This document shows positions 17,989-27,959 of a DNA stretch of 64,000 bases, piece after piece. The DNA is from Candidatus Latescibacterota bacterium (lineage in GTDB: Bacteria; JAAXHH01). The notes under the pieces are model-generated. The model was not told where the DNA came from and did no database searches. It saw nothing but the letters and a program-made list of their open reading frames with translations. The stretch spans positions 10,340 through 74,339 of the forward strand of contig JAJEHX010000032.1 in NCBI GenBank assembly GCA_022823465.1. Reading direction: 5' to 3'. The translations under genes and the position numbers were made by a program. Position 1 is the stretch's first letter; each line of letters opens with the position of its first letter.

Positions 17989-19605
17989 TTACATCCCGAG
18001 CATTTTCCTGGCGATTTCACGCGCTTCATCCAGCGTGTTCACGATGTGTGCTTCCGGCACGCGCTGGATGATGCCGAGGGCTGAAAGGGTTTCCTCGACG
18101 GATCCGGAGAGCGACAGGACGATGAACTCCGTGTCTTCGCTCGTGGCGACGTCCATGAGTTGCTCGACGACCATGGCCGCGCTGTCGTCAATGTAGGTGG
18201 CGCCGGAGAAATCGAAGATGACGACGTCATGATCCTTGATGTCCTCGCTGATTACCCCCACCAGTTTCTTGGACGAAGCGACGGTGAAACTTCCTCTGAG
18301 CGCCACCAGGCCGACCCGGGCCATAAACTGGTCCATGCTGGCGGTGTCGTCCTCCTGGGTGAAAAACTGCTGGTCGAGCAGCGGTACGGACACCACGCTG
18401 TCGAGTTCCAGGTTTTCCAGTTTCCTCGCGTGGGCCATGCCCGCGACGATCAGTCCTATCGCCACCGCGGTGATCAGGTCGACGAACACGGTCAGCCCCA
18501 GGGTGAGCAGCAGGATGAAAAGGTGTTCCCGGTGCAGGCGGTGGACCCGCGTCAGGATCCGCCAGTCGACGATATCCCAGCCGACTTTCATCAATATGCC
18601 CGCCAGCACGGCGTGGGGGATCGGCTCGACGACCCAGCCCAGGCCCATGAGAAGTACCAGCAGGATCAGGGACCGCAATGCGCCGGACAGACGCGTGGTA
18701 CCGCCGGCCCGTATGTTGGTCACCGTGCCCATGGTGGCGCCGGCGCCGGGAAGTCCGCCAATCAGCCCGGCCACTACGTTTCCTACTCCCTGTCCCACCA
18801 GTTCCTGGTCCGCGTTGTGCCGCGTACCCGTCAGGGAGTCGGCGATCAGGGAGGTGAGCAGGCTGTCCACGGAACCAAGCAGCGCGAGGATGAGCGCGGC
18901 TTCGAAGGCATGGAGAACGAAGGCGGCCGTGGGCGGTACCAGGACGATCTCCGGCAGGCCGCTGGGTATGGTCCCGATGACCGGCACGTCGGACAGCCAG
19001 AACACGCTGAGCATCGTACCGGCGACGAGCGCCACCAGGGTGCCGGGCAGCAGCCTTGAAAGCCGCCTGGGCCAGAGCACGCCGACGGCGAGGGTAGTGA
19101 AGGCGATGGCGAAGGCGCTGTAGTTTACGTCGCCGAGGGCCTCCGACAGCGCCTGAATGGTCCCCACGGCACCTCCGGGCGCGGCAGGCGCGCCAATGAA
19201 GGGCAGCGCCTGGATCAGCATGACGATGAGGCCGATGCCGGACATGAACCCCGAGATCACCACGTGGGGCGTGTAAGCCACGAATCGTCCGAACCGCAAC
19301 GTGCCCAGCAGGACCTGCAGCAGGCCGCCCATGATCACGACGGTCAGGGCATCGGCGATCGAACCCGAGTGTTCCGCGATGACGACCGCCATGACCACGG
19401 TCATGGGCGCCGTGGGGCCGGATATCTGGGATCGCGTGCCCCCGAACACGGCGGCGAAGAAGCCGACCCCGATCGCACCGTACAGACCGGCCGCCGCGCC
19501 CATGCCCGACGCGACGCCGAAGGCGAGCGCAACCGGCAGACCCACTATCGCGGAAGTGATGCCGCCGAACAGATCACCGCGGAAGGTGTCCAGGCTGTAG
19601 TTCAA
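17989..19605 (-). CDS. SulP family inorganic anion transporter with C-terminal STAS domain
   Basis: 538-aa polytopic ORF with the typical SulP N-terminus (DLFGGITSAIVGLPVALAFG) and a soluble STAS-like C-terminus. Confidence 0.9.
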   Translation of the reverse strand: MNYSLDTFRGDLFGGITSAIVGLPVALAFGVASGMGAAAGLYGAIGVGFFAAVFGGTRSQISGPTAPMTVVMAVVIAEHSGSIADALTVVIMGGLLQVLLGTLRFGRFVAYTPHVVISGFMSGIGLIVMLIQALPFIGAPAAPGGAVGTIQALSEALGDVNYSAFAIAFTTLAVGVLWPRRLSRLLPGTLVALVAGTMLSVFWLSDVPVIGTIPSGLPEIVLVPPTAAFVLHAFEAALILALLGSVDSLLTSLIADSLTGTRHNADQELVGQGVGNVVAGLIGGLPGAGATMGTVTNIRAGGTTRLSGALRSLILLVLLMGLGWVVEPIPHAVLAGILMKVGWDIVDWRILTRVHRLHREHLFILLLTLGLTVFVDLITAVAIGLIVAGMAHARKLENLELDSVVSVPLLDQQFFTQEDDTASMDQFMARVGLVALRGSFTVASSKKLVGVISEDIKDHDVVIFDFSGATYIDDSAAMVVEQLMDVATSEDTEFIVLSLSGSVEETLSALGIIQRVPEAHIVNTLDEAREIARKMLGM

Positions 19606-19772
19606 GTGCGATTCTCCTTCACACGCACGTGATTGGGCTTGCTTCGCATGTCAAACGTCATATCTTCGCTGTGTAAATGATATATGTCAGTAAGGCATGG
19701 TCAAGTATTCCGTACGCGTGGTTTACATTCCCCGCAACATCGGATAAAGCACGTTTAAACCGAAAGCCAGTC

Positions 19773-20459
19773 ATGTGCGGACGCCTCTTCCAAAGCCTGG
19801 CCCGGCAACAGATATTCACGTTGTATACCTTGCCTGATTCGATTCAACGCCTCGATCCGCAGCCGAGGTACAACGGCGCTCCCACCCAGGAGTTCGTCCT
19901 GTGCCGCCTGGATGAGAACGGGGAAAGATCCCTGGCCCTGCTCCGCTGGGGGTTGATTCCGTCCTGGGCCAAGGACGCCAGGATCGGCGCGCGGCTCATC
20001 AATGCGAGAGCGGAGACCGTAAGGGACAAACCCGTCTTTCGATCGGCGTTCAGGGCGCGACGGTGCCTCATCCCGGCCAACGGATGGTTTGAATGGAAGC
20101 GGTCCGGGGCCACCAGACAACCCTATTTCCTGGCGCTTGCAGACGGTTCCCCGGCTTCCTTCGCCGCGCTGTGGGAGCAGTGGAGCCGGGACGGCCGACA
20201 CCTCGAAACATTCACGATCATAACGACCGAAGCCTCGCCCGCACTTTCGGAAATACACGATCGCCAGCCCGCGGTGGTCGATCCCGACGACTTCACCGAC
20301 TGGCTTGATCCCGCAACGCCCCTGGATACACTCCAGGAAATCATCGGACCGCCCCACGAAGGACCATACGAAATCCGTCCTGTCAGCGAAAAGGTAAACC
20401 GGGTATCCAACGACACCCCGGATATCCTCGAACCCCCGGTGAGGAATACGTTGTTCTGA
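19773..20459 (+). CDS. SOS response-associated peptidase (SRAP/YedK family)
   Basis: The start was chosen at MCGR (catalytic Cys2). SRAP-like core (RYNGAPTQ..., NARAET...). Confidence 0.85.
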   Translation: MCGRLFQSLARQQIFTLYTLPDSIQRLDPQPRYNGAPTQEFVLCRLDENGERSLALLRWGLIPSWAKDARIGARLINARAETVRDKPVFRSAFRARRCLIPANGWFEWKRSGATRQPYFLALADGSPASFAALWEQWSRDGRHLETFTIITTEASPALSEIHDRQPAVVDPDDFTDWLDPATPLDTLQEIIGPPHEGPYEIRPVSEKVNRVSNDTPDILEPPVRNTLF

Positions 20460-20486
20460 TTTTGCATCGTCCGGGAGGAGCATGCC

Positions 20487-20969
20487 ATGGCTCAATCAGC
20501 CCAGGAGACTCAGCGAGAAAATGCCGCCATGCTTCGCCGGCTCGTCCTGGCGATCGTGACGTTCGGTATCCTGGGAACCGGTTTCGAACTCATCCTCCTG
20601 GATCACATGGAGGACAACTGGCAATGGGTTCCGATCGTACTGCTCGCGGTGGGGCTTCCGGCTTCGATCTGGCTGTTGCTTTCGCCCGGGTTCGCGATCA
20701 TACGGGCATACCAGGTCCTGATGGGACTGTTCGTCCTGTCGGGGTTCGTCGGACAATGGTTGCACTTCAGCGGTAACGTGGAATTCGAACTCGAGATGTA
20801 TCCATCGCGGGAAGGGCTGGAACTGGTCTGGGAGGCGTTGGGCGGCGCTTATCCTTCTCTTGCGCCGGGCACCATGACGCTGCTCGGCCTGCTGGGAATG
20901 GCCGCATGTCTTCGTCATCCGGCCCTGGATTCAAGAAACGTATCACCCCAAAATATGGAGAAATCATGA
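20487..20969 (+). CDS. Hypothetical membrane protein
   Basis: 160-aa ORF with about 4 hydrophobic helices. Its stop overlaps the next start (ATGA). Confidence 0.55.
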   Translation: MAQSAQETQRENAAMLRRLVLAIVTFGILGTGFELILLDHMEDNWQWVPIVLLAVGLPASIWLLLSPGFAIIRAYQVLMGLFVLSGFVGQWLHFSGNVEFELEMYPSREGLELVWEALGGAYPSLAPGTMTLLGLLGMAACLRHPALDSRNVSPQNMEKS

Positions 20970-21670
20970 ACACATTCAAGCAACCAGGGTCCGCCCTGCT
21001 GATATCGCTCGTCGCCTTCCTCTTCGCGATTGGTGGATGCGGCGGTTCTGAAACAGCCGAACAGACCGACCCTGCCGAGGCTGAACCGCAGATCGAATCA
21101 GCGCCGGAAGCGGTCGTCAATCCCAACCTCGCCGGTAGTGATGATCTTGCCATACTGCCGGGCATGACCGCCGAGCTCGCGGACATGGTGGTGGAAACGC
21201 GACCCTTTCCGGACATGATCGAACTGAATGGGCTCATTTCGGCGCACATGGACCCGGAGGATGCGGCCGCGCTCTATGCCCGGATGTTCATTCCGCTGAA
21301 CCTGAACACGGCCACGGACGAGGAGATCCGTCTCGTACCCGGCGTGGGCGACCGCATGGTCCACGAGTTCAAGGAATACCGCCCCTACCTCGCCATCGCC
21401 CAGTGGCGCCGGGAGATGGGCAAGTACGTGGACGATACGGAGGTCGCGCGCATGGAGCAGTACGTTTTCGTCCCCATCGATCTGAACACGGCCACGGACG
21501 AAGAGATCCTGGCGGTCCCGGGTGTAGGCGAACGCATGGCCCACGAATTCAAGGAATACCGGCCCTACACCAGCATGGAGCAGTTTCGTCGCGAGATCGG
21601 CAAGTACGTGGACGACGGCGAGGTGGACCGCCTGGAACGATACGTGGAAATCAGAAGCCAGGATCCGTAG
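20966..21670 (+). CDS. Lipoprotein with tandem helix-hairpin-helix (ComEA-like) repeats
   Basis: Lipobox FAIGGC. Two near-identical 60-aa units (LNTATDEEI..VPGVG.RM.HEFKEYRPY...) plus a degenerate third. GGAG lies upstream of the ATG at 20966. Confidence 0.75.
   Translation: MNTFKQPGSALLISLVAFLFAIGGCGGSETAEQTDPAEAEPQIESAPEAVVNPNLAGSDDLAILPGMTAELADMVVETRPFPDMIELNGLISAHMDPEDAAALYARMFIPLNLNTATDEEIRLVPGVGDRMVHEFKEYRPYLAIAQWRREMGKYVDDTEVARMEQYVFVPIDLNTATDEEILAVPGVGERMAHEFKEYRPYTSMEQFRREIGKYVDDGEVDRLERYVEIRSQDP
21293..21652 (+). repeat. Intragenic tandem duplication, 2 x 180 nt
   Basis: Units 21293-21472 and 21473-21652 encode PLNLNTATDEEIRLVPGVGDRMVHEFKEYRPY... and PIDLNTATDEEILAVPGVGERMAHEFKEYRPY... 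Confidence 0.85.
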
Positions 21671-21799
21671 GATGGAGGCGTGCCGGCCGAGGAGCGCGCC
21701 AGCCGAGATTGGCGCCGGCTGAAATGGGCGCCGACTGAAATGGGCGCCGACCGAGGAGCGCGCCAGCGGAATACGTGCAGCGTACCGGGGAAATGGTAA

Positions 21800-21874
21800 T
21801 CGGGGTGGGGGGATTTGAACCCCCGGCCCCCTGCTCCCAAAGCAGGTGCGCTGACCGGACTGCGCTACACCCCG
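21800..21874 (-). tRNA. tRNA-Pro (anticodon UGG)
   Basis: Full cloverleaf read by hand. Acceptor CGGGGTG/CACCCCG, D stem GCGC/GCGC, anticodon stem CCTGC/GCAGG with loop TTTGGGA, T arm GGGGG-TTCAAAT-CCCCC. CCA is not encoded. Confidence 0.95.
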
Positions 21875-21980
21875 TAAACCTTGGGTAATTATACGGTTCA
21901 ACGGCGTTCCTGTCAAGGTAAACCCGGGGCGCACCGCCCTTTGAACGGGCCCGAAAACGGCCGATCGCGGAGGTCCAGCC

Positions 21981-22985
21981 ATGAAGCTTGCGGTCAACGG
22001 CAGGATGGACGCCGAACACCTTGCGTTCGCCCGGCAACTGGGCGTGACCGACATGGTCAACGGTCTGCCGGACTGCGACCTCGCAAGGGGTTATTATAGT
22101 TTCCATGACCTGTCGCTCCAGAAGGCGCGCATCGAAGACGCCGGTCTGACCTGGTCGGTGCTCGAGGGCGTGCCGCCCGAGTGGTGCGACAAGATCAAGC
22201 TGGGCCTGCCGGGCCGCGACGAGCAGATCGAAAACTGGTGCAGGACGCTCGAAAACATGGGCGCCGTGGGTATTCCCGTTCTGGGGTATTTCTTCAGTCT
22301 GCGCAACGTGGGCGGCAACTACGGACTACGCACGTCGAAATCGGCCCGGAGCCGGGGCGGCGCGGTCGTCACCAGTTTCGACTACGAGCGGATCAAGGGG
22401 GCGCGGCAGGATTACTGGCGCCCACCTATTCCCAGGGACCTGGAACTGTCCGACGAGGACATGTGGAGCAACACCGCCTATTTCCTGAAGGCGGTCATAC
22501 CGGTGGCCGAAAAAGCCGGGGTGCGCATGAGCCTGCATCCCGACGACCCGCCCATCTCGCCCATCGGCGGGATCGCCCGGGTCTTCCGCAGTCACGAGGC
22601 GCTGAAACGGCTCGTCGAAATCGTCCCCAGCCCATGCAACGGACTGGGCTTCTGCCAGGGCACGGTGTCGGAAATGCCGGGCGACGCGCTTGACGCCATC
22701 CGGTATTTCGGAAAGCGTGACAAAATCAACTACGTCCATTTCCGGTTCGTTTCGAATCCCGTCCCCGCGTTCTCGGAAACCTTCATCGACCAGGGCCGCG
22801 TCGATCCCATGGAAGCCCTGCTGGCCTACGAGGAAGCCGGGGTGGACTGTCCCATGATCGACGATCACGTGCCGCGGCTGGCCATCGACCCCGATGGCCG
22901 TCACAGTACTTCCAGGGCCTACGCGCTGGGCTACATGAAAGCGCTCCTGGATAACGTGGAGCGATGCCGGGGAGGTGCGGCGTGA
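21981..22985 (+). CDS. uxuA: Mannonate dehydratase family protein (UxuA-like)
   Basis: FLKAVIPVAEKAGVRMSLHPDDPP and IEDAGLTWSVLE closely mirror the recalled E. coli UxuA segments. Confidence 0.8.
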   Translation: MKLAVNGRMDAEHLAFARQLGVTDMVNGLPDCDLARGYYSFHDLSLQKARIEDAGLTWSVLEGVPPEWCDKIKLGLPGRDEQIENWCRTLENMGAVGIPVLGYFFSLRNVGGNYGLRTSKSARSRGGAVVTSFDYERIKGARQDYWRPPIPRDLELSDEDMWSNTAYFLKAVIPVAEKAGVRMSLHPDDPPISPIGGIARVFRSHEALKRLVEIVPSPCNGLGFCQGTVSEMPGDALDAIRYFGKRDKINYVHFRFVSNPVPAFSETFIDQGRVDPMEALLAYEEAGVDCPMIDDHVPRLAIDPDGRHSTSRAYALGYMKALLDNVERCRGGAA

Positions 22986-24229
22986 TTCGTGTCGACCGGG
23001 ACCGGTTCCTGGAAGAGGGTTACCTGATCCTGCGAGGCATGATCCCGCCACGGGACCTGGAGATCCTGCGCCGCAGCTACGAAACCCTGGTGGACCGCCA
23101 GCGCGGGATCTGGAAGGAAGAAGCGGCCCGGGGCGCGGCGCCGGCCGACGTGTGGCGGGCCTCGGCGCAACCGCGGCTGAACCTCACGAGGCCGCCGTAC
23201 CTTGGCGATCGGGAAACGGCCCCTGCGTTCGAGTTCTGGCTCCACGAGAACGTCCAGGGGGTGAGCAGCGTGCTCCTCGCCGAAGACGACGCGCCGCCGA
23301 CGGAAATGATGCTCATGTGCAACCCCGTGAGAGACCACGGTCCCGCCCGGTGGCACCGTGATTTCTACCCGCCCCTGAACTGTCCCCTCCTGGCCTACGC
23401 GGAGGACATCCTGGAATGCGGTCCCCGGTACGTCCAGTGGAACGTGCCGCTTTATGACGACAGCGTGCTGTGGGTAATTCCGGGCAGCCACGTCCGCCGC
23501 AACACACCGGAGGAGAACGCGTCCATGTCAAGGGATCCCCGGTCGCCGGTCCCGGGCGGCGTGCAGACCCATCTCCGCGCGGGAGACGGGGTCGTCTACA
23601 TTCTTCCCATCCTCCACTGGGGGAGCAACTATACCACGAAGCGGCGCCGCACCATTCACGGGGGTTTCGCGCGCCTCACGCACTGGCATACGATCGGCTG
23701 GATCGAAGACCTGTCGCCCGGGGCCCGCGACACCTGCCTGCGATGGAACGCGCGGGCCGCCGGTTACATGAACCACGGCGAAGCGGCACTGCGCGCGGTC
23801 CTGGCCGCGGACGACGACGCCTATAGACACGCCCTGGACGTCCTCCATCCCGGGAGGGGCGAAAAGGGCGTTGTCAAGTCGACCATCTGCCTGAGCAAAA
23901 CGGCCCGGCACATATACAATCAACACTGCAGGGACGAGGCCAGCCTTACCGCGCCGGAAGCCCAGGGTATTGAAACGGTCCATCCCATGACCCTGCAATG
24001 GGGCAGGCCGCTGGGGGACCGCTTTACCCCGGAAGAGGCGGAAGTCCTGTGGGCGCGGTTCAAGCCCGTCGACGAAATCATGCAATCCGACGACAGCCGG
24101 CTCCTGCCGGGTTTCCAGGGCGGCGAGACCCGTTATCACTTCGAAGAAGTCCCGTCGGCGCTCACCCCGGATAACTGGTACGCTTCCTGGGATACCGGCC
24201 GAATCGGCAACGGAAGAGCCCATTCATGA
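22982..24229 (+). CDS. Phytanoyl-CoA dioxygenase (PhyH) family Fe(II)/2OG oxygenase-like protein
   Basis: PhyH-like N-terminus ([18 protein letters not shown]). GTG start with GGAGG 6 nt upstream; GTGA overlap with the uxuA-like stop. Confidence 0.65.
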   Translation: MIRVDRDRFLEEGYLILRGMIPPRDLEILRRSYETLVDRQRGIWKEEAARGAAPADVWRASAQPRLNLTRPPYLGDRETAPAFEFWLHENVQGVSSVLLAEDDAPPTEMMLMCNPVRDHGPARWHRDFYPPLNCPLLAYAEDILECGPRYVQWNVPLYDDSVLWVIPGSHVRRNTPEENASMSRDPRSPVPGGVQTHLRAGDGVVYILPILHWGSNYTTKRRRTIHGGFARLTHWHTIGWIEDLSPGARDTCLRWNARAAGYMNHGEAALRAVLAADDDAYRHALDVLHPGRGEKGVVKSTICLSKTARHIYNQHCRDEASLTAPEAQGIETVHPMTLQWGRPLGDRFTPEEAEVLWARFKPVDEIMQSDDSRLLPGFQGGETRYHFEEVPSALTPDNWYASWDTGRIGNGRAHS

Positions 24230-26292
24230 AACCTCCATCCCTGCTGTCCTTCGAAGCCGTCGTCGGCCACTCCGATCCCGGCATTTACGACATCCAGTCC
24301 AGTGCGCCGGGTCCGGAAGGCAGCCTGCCGCTCACCGACGACATGCTGAGGGAAAGCCCCAGCGGCGACCTCTTCGCCCTGTCCCAGAACGTAGGCATGG
24401 GCTGGAGTCCCAACGCACTGAACCGCCGGCAATACCTGATCCTCAGCACCCAGGGAGGCATCCGCGCATCCGACGGAACGCCCGTAGCCCTGGGATACCA
24501 TACCGGCCACTGGGAGGTCGGCCTGCTCATGCAGGCGGCCGCCGAGGAACTGACGGTCCTGGGCGGCATCCCCTTCGGAGGCTACTGCACCGATCCCTGC
24601 GACGGCCGCACGCAGGGCACGCCCGGCATGATGGACAGTCTCCCTTACCGGAACGACGCGGCCATGGTCTTCCGGCGGTTGATCCGGTCGCTGCCGACGC
24701 GCCGCGGCGTGATCGGCGTGGCAACGTGCGACAAGGGACTGCCCGCCATGATGATCGCATTGGCGGCAACCCACGACCTGCCCTGCGTGCTGGTTCCGGG
24801 CGGCGTCACGCTGCCGGCGGAAGAGGGCGAGGACGCGGGCAAGATCCAGTCCATCGGCGCCAGGTACGCCCACGGGGAAATTTCGCTGGAATACGCCGCG
24901 GACATGGGCTGCCGCACCTGCGCGTCGCCGGGCGGCGGTTGCCAGTTCCTGGGCACGGCGGCTACTTCGCAGGTCGTGGGGGAAGCCTTCGGCCTCGCGT
25001 TGCCCCACAGCGCGCTGGCGCCGTCCGGCCAGCCTATATGGACCGACATGGCCCGGCGTTCGGCCCGGGCGCTGATGCGGCTTGAAGCAGAAGGGCTGAC
25101 CGTCCGGAAGATCCTGACCGAAGAGGCCCTCGAAAACGCCATGACGGTCCACGCCGCCTTCGGGGGCTCGACCAACCTGCTGCTGCACATCCCCGCGGTC
25201 GCCCATGCCTCCGGGTTGCGCCGTCCCACGATTGAGGACTGGGTCAGGATAAACCGCCGGACGCCCCGGCTGGTGGACGTCCTGCCGAATGGTCCCACGG
25301 GCTACCCCACGGTGACGGCATTCCTCGCGGGCGGCGTACCGGAAGTGATGCTGCACCTGCGGGAGGCGGGCCTGCTGCACGAATCGGCGCTCACCGCGGC
25401 GGGTTCGTCCCTGGGACAGGCCCTGGACTGGTGGCGGACGTCCGAAAGACGGCGGCGGGTCCGCGAGCGGCTGAAGGAGGTGGACGGGATCGACCCGGAC
25501 GACGTCATCATGTCCCCTGAACGGGCGCGAAACCGGGGACTGACGAGCACGGTAACGTTCCCCAGGGGCAATCTCGCGCCCGAAGGCGCGGTGATCAAGA
25601 GCACGGCCATCGACCCGACCGTGGTCGATCCAGACGGGGTATACCGAAAAACGGGACCCGCGCGGGTATTCACCCGGGAACGGGACGCCATCGCCGCCAT
25701 CAAGAGCCGGGGCGAGGACCGGATCAAGCCCGGAGACGTGCTGATCCTCATTTGCCGCGGCCCCATGGGCGCCGGGATGGAGGAGACTTACCAGATCACC
25801 GCCGCGTTGAGACACCTGTCCTTCGGCAAGCACGTCGCCGTGGTGACCGACGCCCGTTTTTCCGGCATTTCAACGGGTGCCTGCATAGGCCACGTCGGGC
25901 CCGAGGCCCTGGCGGGCGGGCCCATCGGCAAGGTCCTCGATGGTGATCGGATCGAGATCATCATAGACCGGAACGCCCTGACGGGATCCATCGACCTGGT
26001 CGGAAACGAGGAGGGCGCCTTCGGCGTCGAGGAGGGTACCAGGCAACTCGCCGGGCGGCCGCCGCGGCCCGACCTGGCCGTCGACCCGAATCTTCCCGAC
26101 GATACCCGTCTCTGGGCCGCCCTGCAGCAGGCCGGCGGCGGCGCATGGGGCGGATGTGTCTACGACGTGGATGAGATCGTCCACCGTATGCGGCACGGTG
26201 GACAGACCGGGGTCCGGGAACCGACACAGCAGGCGGCAACGCCCCATAAGCCACCAAAGACAAAGACGAAGGCAGGAAAAAATGGCAAATAG
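24226..26292 (+). CDS. IlvD/Edd family dehydratase, YjhG/YagF (D-xylonate dehydratase)-like
   Basis: 688 aa. Long N-terminal region and CDKGLPAMM segment typical of the YjhG/YagF branch. ATGA overlap with the upstream gene. Lys-rich C-terminal tail. Confidence 0.8.
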   Translation: MKPPSLLSFEAVVGHSDPGIYDIQSSAPGPEGSLPLTDDMLRESPSGDLFALSQNVGMGWSPNALNRRQYLILSTQGGIRASDGTPVALGYHTGHWEVGLLMQAAAEELTVLGGIPFGGYCTDPCDGRTQGTPGMMDSLPYRNDAAMVFRRLIRSLPTRRGVIGVATCDKGLPAMMIALAATHDLPCVLVPGGVTLPAEEGEDAGKIQSIGARYAHGEISLEYAADMGCRTCASPGGGCQFLGTAATSQVVGEAFGLALPHSALAPSGQPIWTDMARRSARALMRLEAEGLTVRKILTEEALENAMTVHAAFGGSTNLLLHIPAVAHASGLRRPTIEDWVRINRRTPRLVDVLPNGPTGYPTVTAFLAGGVPEVMLHLREAGLLHESALTAAGSSLGQALDWWRTSERRRRVRERLKEVDGIDPDDVIMSPERARNRGLTSTVTFPRGNLAPEGAVIKSTAIDPTVVDPDGVYRKTGPARVFTRERDAIAAIKSRGEDRIKPGDVLILICRGPMGAGMEETYQITAALRHLSFGKHVAVVTDARFSGISTGACIGHVGPEALAGGPIGKVLDGDRIEIIIDRNALTGSIDLVGNEEGAFGVEEGTRQLAGRPPRPDLAVDPNLPDDTRLWAALQQAGGGAWGGCVYDVDEIVHRMRHGGQTGVREPTQQAATPHKPPKTKTKAGKNGK

Positions 26293-27091
26293 CCCGTCCG
26301 TACTCGATTTGAAAGTTAGATACTTCCAGGACAGCACTCCGGCCGATGTCCCCTGCAGGGAGGAAAACTTCATCCGGCGGGAAATCCGTATGAAACTGCC
26401 GGTCGAACAGACGGCGCTTGTGCTGGTGGACCTGTGGAGCGCCCATTTCATCGACAGTTGGATCGAGCGGGCCGCCCGGGTCACCCGGGAGGCGATCGTT
26501 CCGGCCATCGAAATGAGCCGGAAGGCCGGCCTGACCGTAATACACGCCCCGTCGCCCGAGGTGGCGCGGCAGTTCCCCCAGTCAAAGCGTAATCCAACGG
26601 CGCCCGACCCGCCGGGCTGGGGCGCGGACTGGCCGCCCCAGGCTTTCCGGAGCAGGGAAGGCGAATACCTCGCCTATCACGGTCCCCGGAGCCAGCCCCC
26701 GGGCATCGGCCTGCACTGGGATCCCATCGCAGACGACCTGACCATCTCGCCGGACGTGGAGGTACGCGACGAGGACGTGGTGATCACCAGTGGTCCCGAA
26801 CTGCACGAAGTGCTGGCCGAACGGAAAGTACTTCACCTGATCTATGCCGGTTTTGCCACCAACTGGTGCGTCCTGGGGAGAGACTACGGCATCCGCTCCA
26901 TGTCCCGGTACGGATACAACATCGTGTTCCTGCGCGACTGCACGGCGGGCGTCGAGTTTCCCGATACGCTGGACGAGCTCTTCGTGACGGAAGTCGCGAT
27001 CCGGGAAATCGAGCAGCAGTTCGGTTTTTCGGCGTCCAACGAGGACTATTTCGAGAGTTGCCAGAAGATCCCGGAAAGGAACGCATCGTGA
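26282..27091 (+). CDS. Isochorismatase/cysteine hydrolase-like protein
   Basis: An internal ATG at 26282 overlaps the dehydratase 3' end by 11 nt. LVLVDLW... and [12 protein letters not shown] segments. A paralog lies at 29376-30206. Confidence 0.6.
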   Translation: MANSPSVLDLKVRYFQDSTPADVPCREENFIRREIRMKLPVEQTALVLVDLWSAHFIDSWIERAARVTREAIVPAIEMSRKAGLTVIHAPSPEVARQFPQSKRNPTAPDPPGWGADWPPQAFRSREGEYLAYHGPRSQPPGIGLHWDPIADDLTISPDVEVRDEDVVITSGPELHEVLAERKVLHLIYAGFATNWCVLGRDYGIRSMSRYGYNIVFLRDCTAGVEFPDTLDELFVTEVAIREIEQQFGFSASNEDYFESCQKIPERNAS

Positions 27092-27921
27092 TCGTCGATA
27101 CCCATACCCATTTCTACGATCCCACCCGGCCGCAGGGCGTGCCATGGCCCAACCCAGACGACGAGTTTCTCTACCGGCGTGTCATGCCGGAGGATTTCAA
27201 GCGCGAAGCGCTGTCCGAGGGCGTTTCGGGCACGGTCGTGGTGGAAGCCAGCGCCTGGGTGGAGGACAATCGGTGGATCCTGGATCTGGCCGAGGACGAT
27301 CCCTTCCTGCTGGGCCTGGTGGGACACTTGGAGCCTCCGGACCCGGGTTTCGAATCCGATCTGGACCGTTTCTCGGCGCACGATCTCTTCTACGGCATCC
27401 GGTTGGGCAAGGCGCCTGTTGACGATCCGGTGTATCTCAGGGCCATGGAGCAACTCGCCGCCCACGACCTCACGCTGGACCTGCTCGTGGGCAAGGAGTG
27501 GCTGCCCGCCGTGGCCGACTGCGCCGCCCGTTTCCCCGATCTCAGGATCGTGCTGAACCACCTGGCCCACGTGCCGGTAACCGGCGGCCCGCCGGACGAG
27601 GAATGGGTTGCCGGCATCACCTCCGCCGCGGCCCATCCCAACGTATTCTGCAAGATATCGGGCATGGTGGAACTGGCGCAGGTCTCCCCGCCGCCGGAGG
27701 ACCCGGCTTACTACACGCCGGTCCTCGACGTGCTCTGGAACGCCTTTGGCGAGAACAGGCTGCTGTATGCCAGCAACTGGCCGGTATCCTGGAGATACGC
27801 TTCCTACCGCCAGGTGCAATCGCTGGCCGTGGCATGCTTCGAGCCGCGGGGACCGGAAGCCCTGGAGAAAATCATGGGGGAGAACAGCAGGGACGCCTAC
27901 AGGTGGGTACAGCGAAGTTAG
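27088..27921 (+). CDS. Amidohydrolase-2 family protein (sugar lactonase-like)
   Basis: GTG start overlaps the upstream stop (GTGA). N-terminal metal motif VDTHTHF. Confidence 0.7.
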   Translation: MIVDTHTHFYDPTRPQGVPWPNPDDEFLYRRVMPEDFKREALSEGVSGTVVVEASAWVEDNRWILDLAEDDPFLLGLVGHLEPPDPGFESDLDRFSAHDLFYGIRLGKAPVDDPVYLRAMEQLAAHDLTLDLLVGKEWLPAVADCAARFPDLRIVLNHLAHVPVTGGPPDEEWVAGITSAAAHPNVFCKISGMVELAQVSPPPEDPAYYTPVLDVLWNAFGENRLLYASNWPVSWRYASYRQVQSLAVACFEPRGPEALEKIMGENSRDAYRWVQRS

Positions 27922-27959
27922 TTCAAGATCCACTGACGTACTATCGTGCCACCGCCTTA

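Noticed and set aside
19655-19705. LexA/SOS box upstream of the SRAP gene (CTGTGTAAATGATATATGTCAG).
   Set aside because: The CTG...CAG spacing is 16 nt rather than the 10 nt of the gammaproteobacterial box. No other known LexA consensus fits. The LexA motif of this lineage is unknown.
21719-21750. CRISPR-like array near tRNA-Pro.
   Set aside because: There are only two 16-nt units, directly adjacent with no spacers. No cas genes are present in the window.
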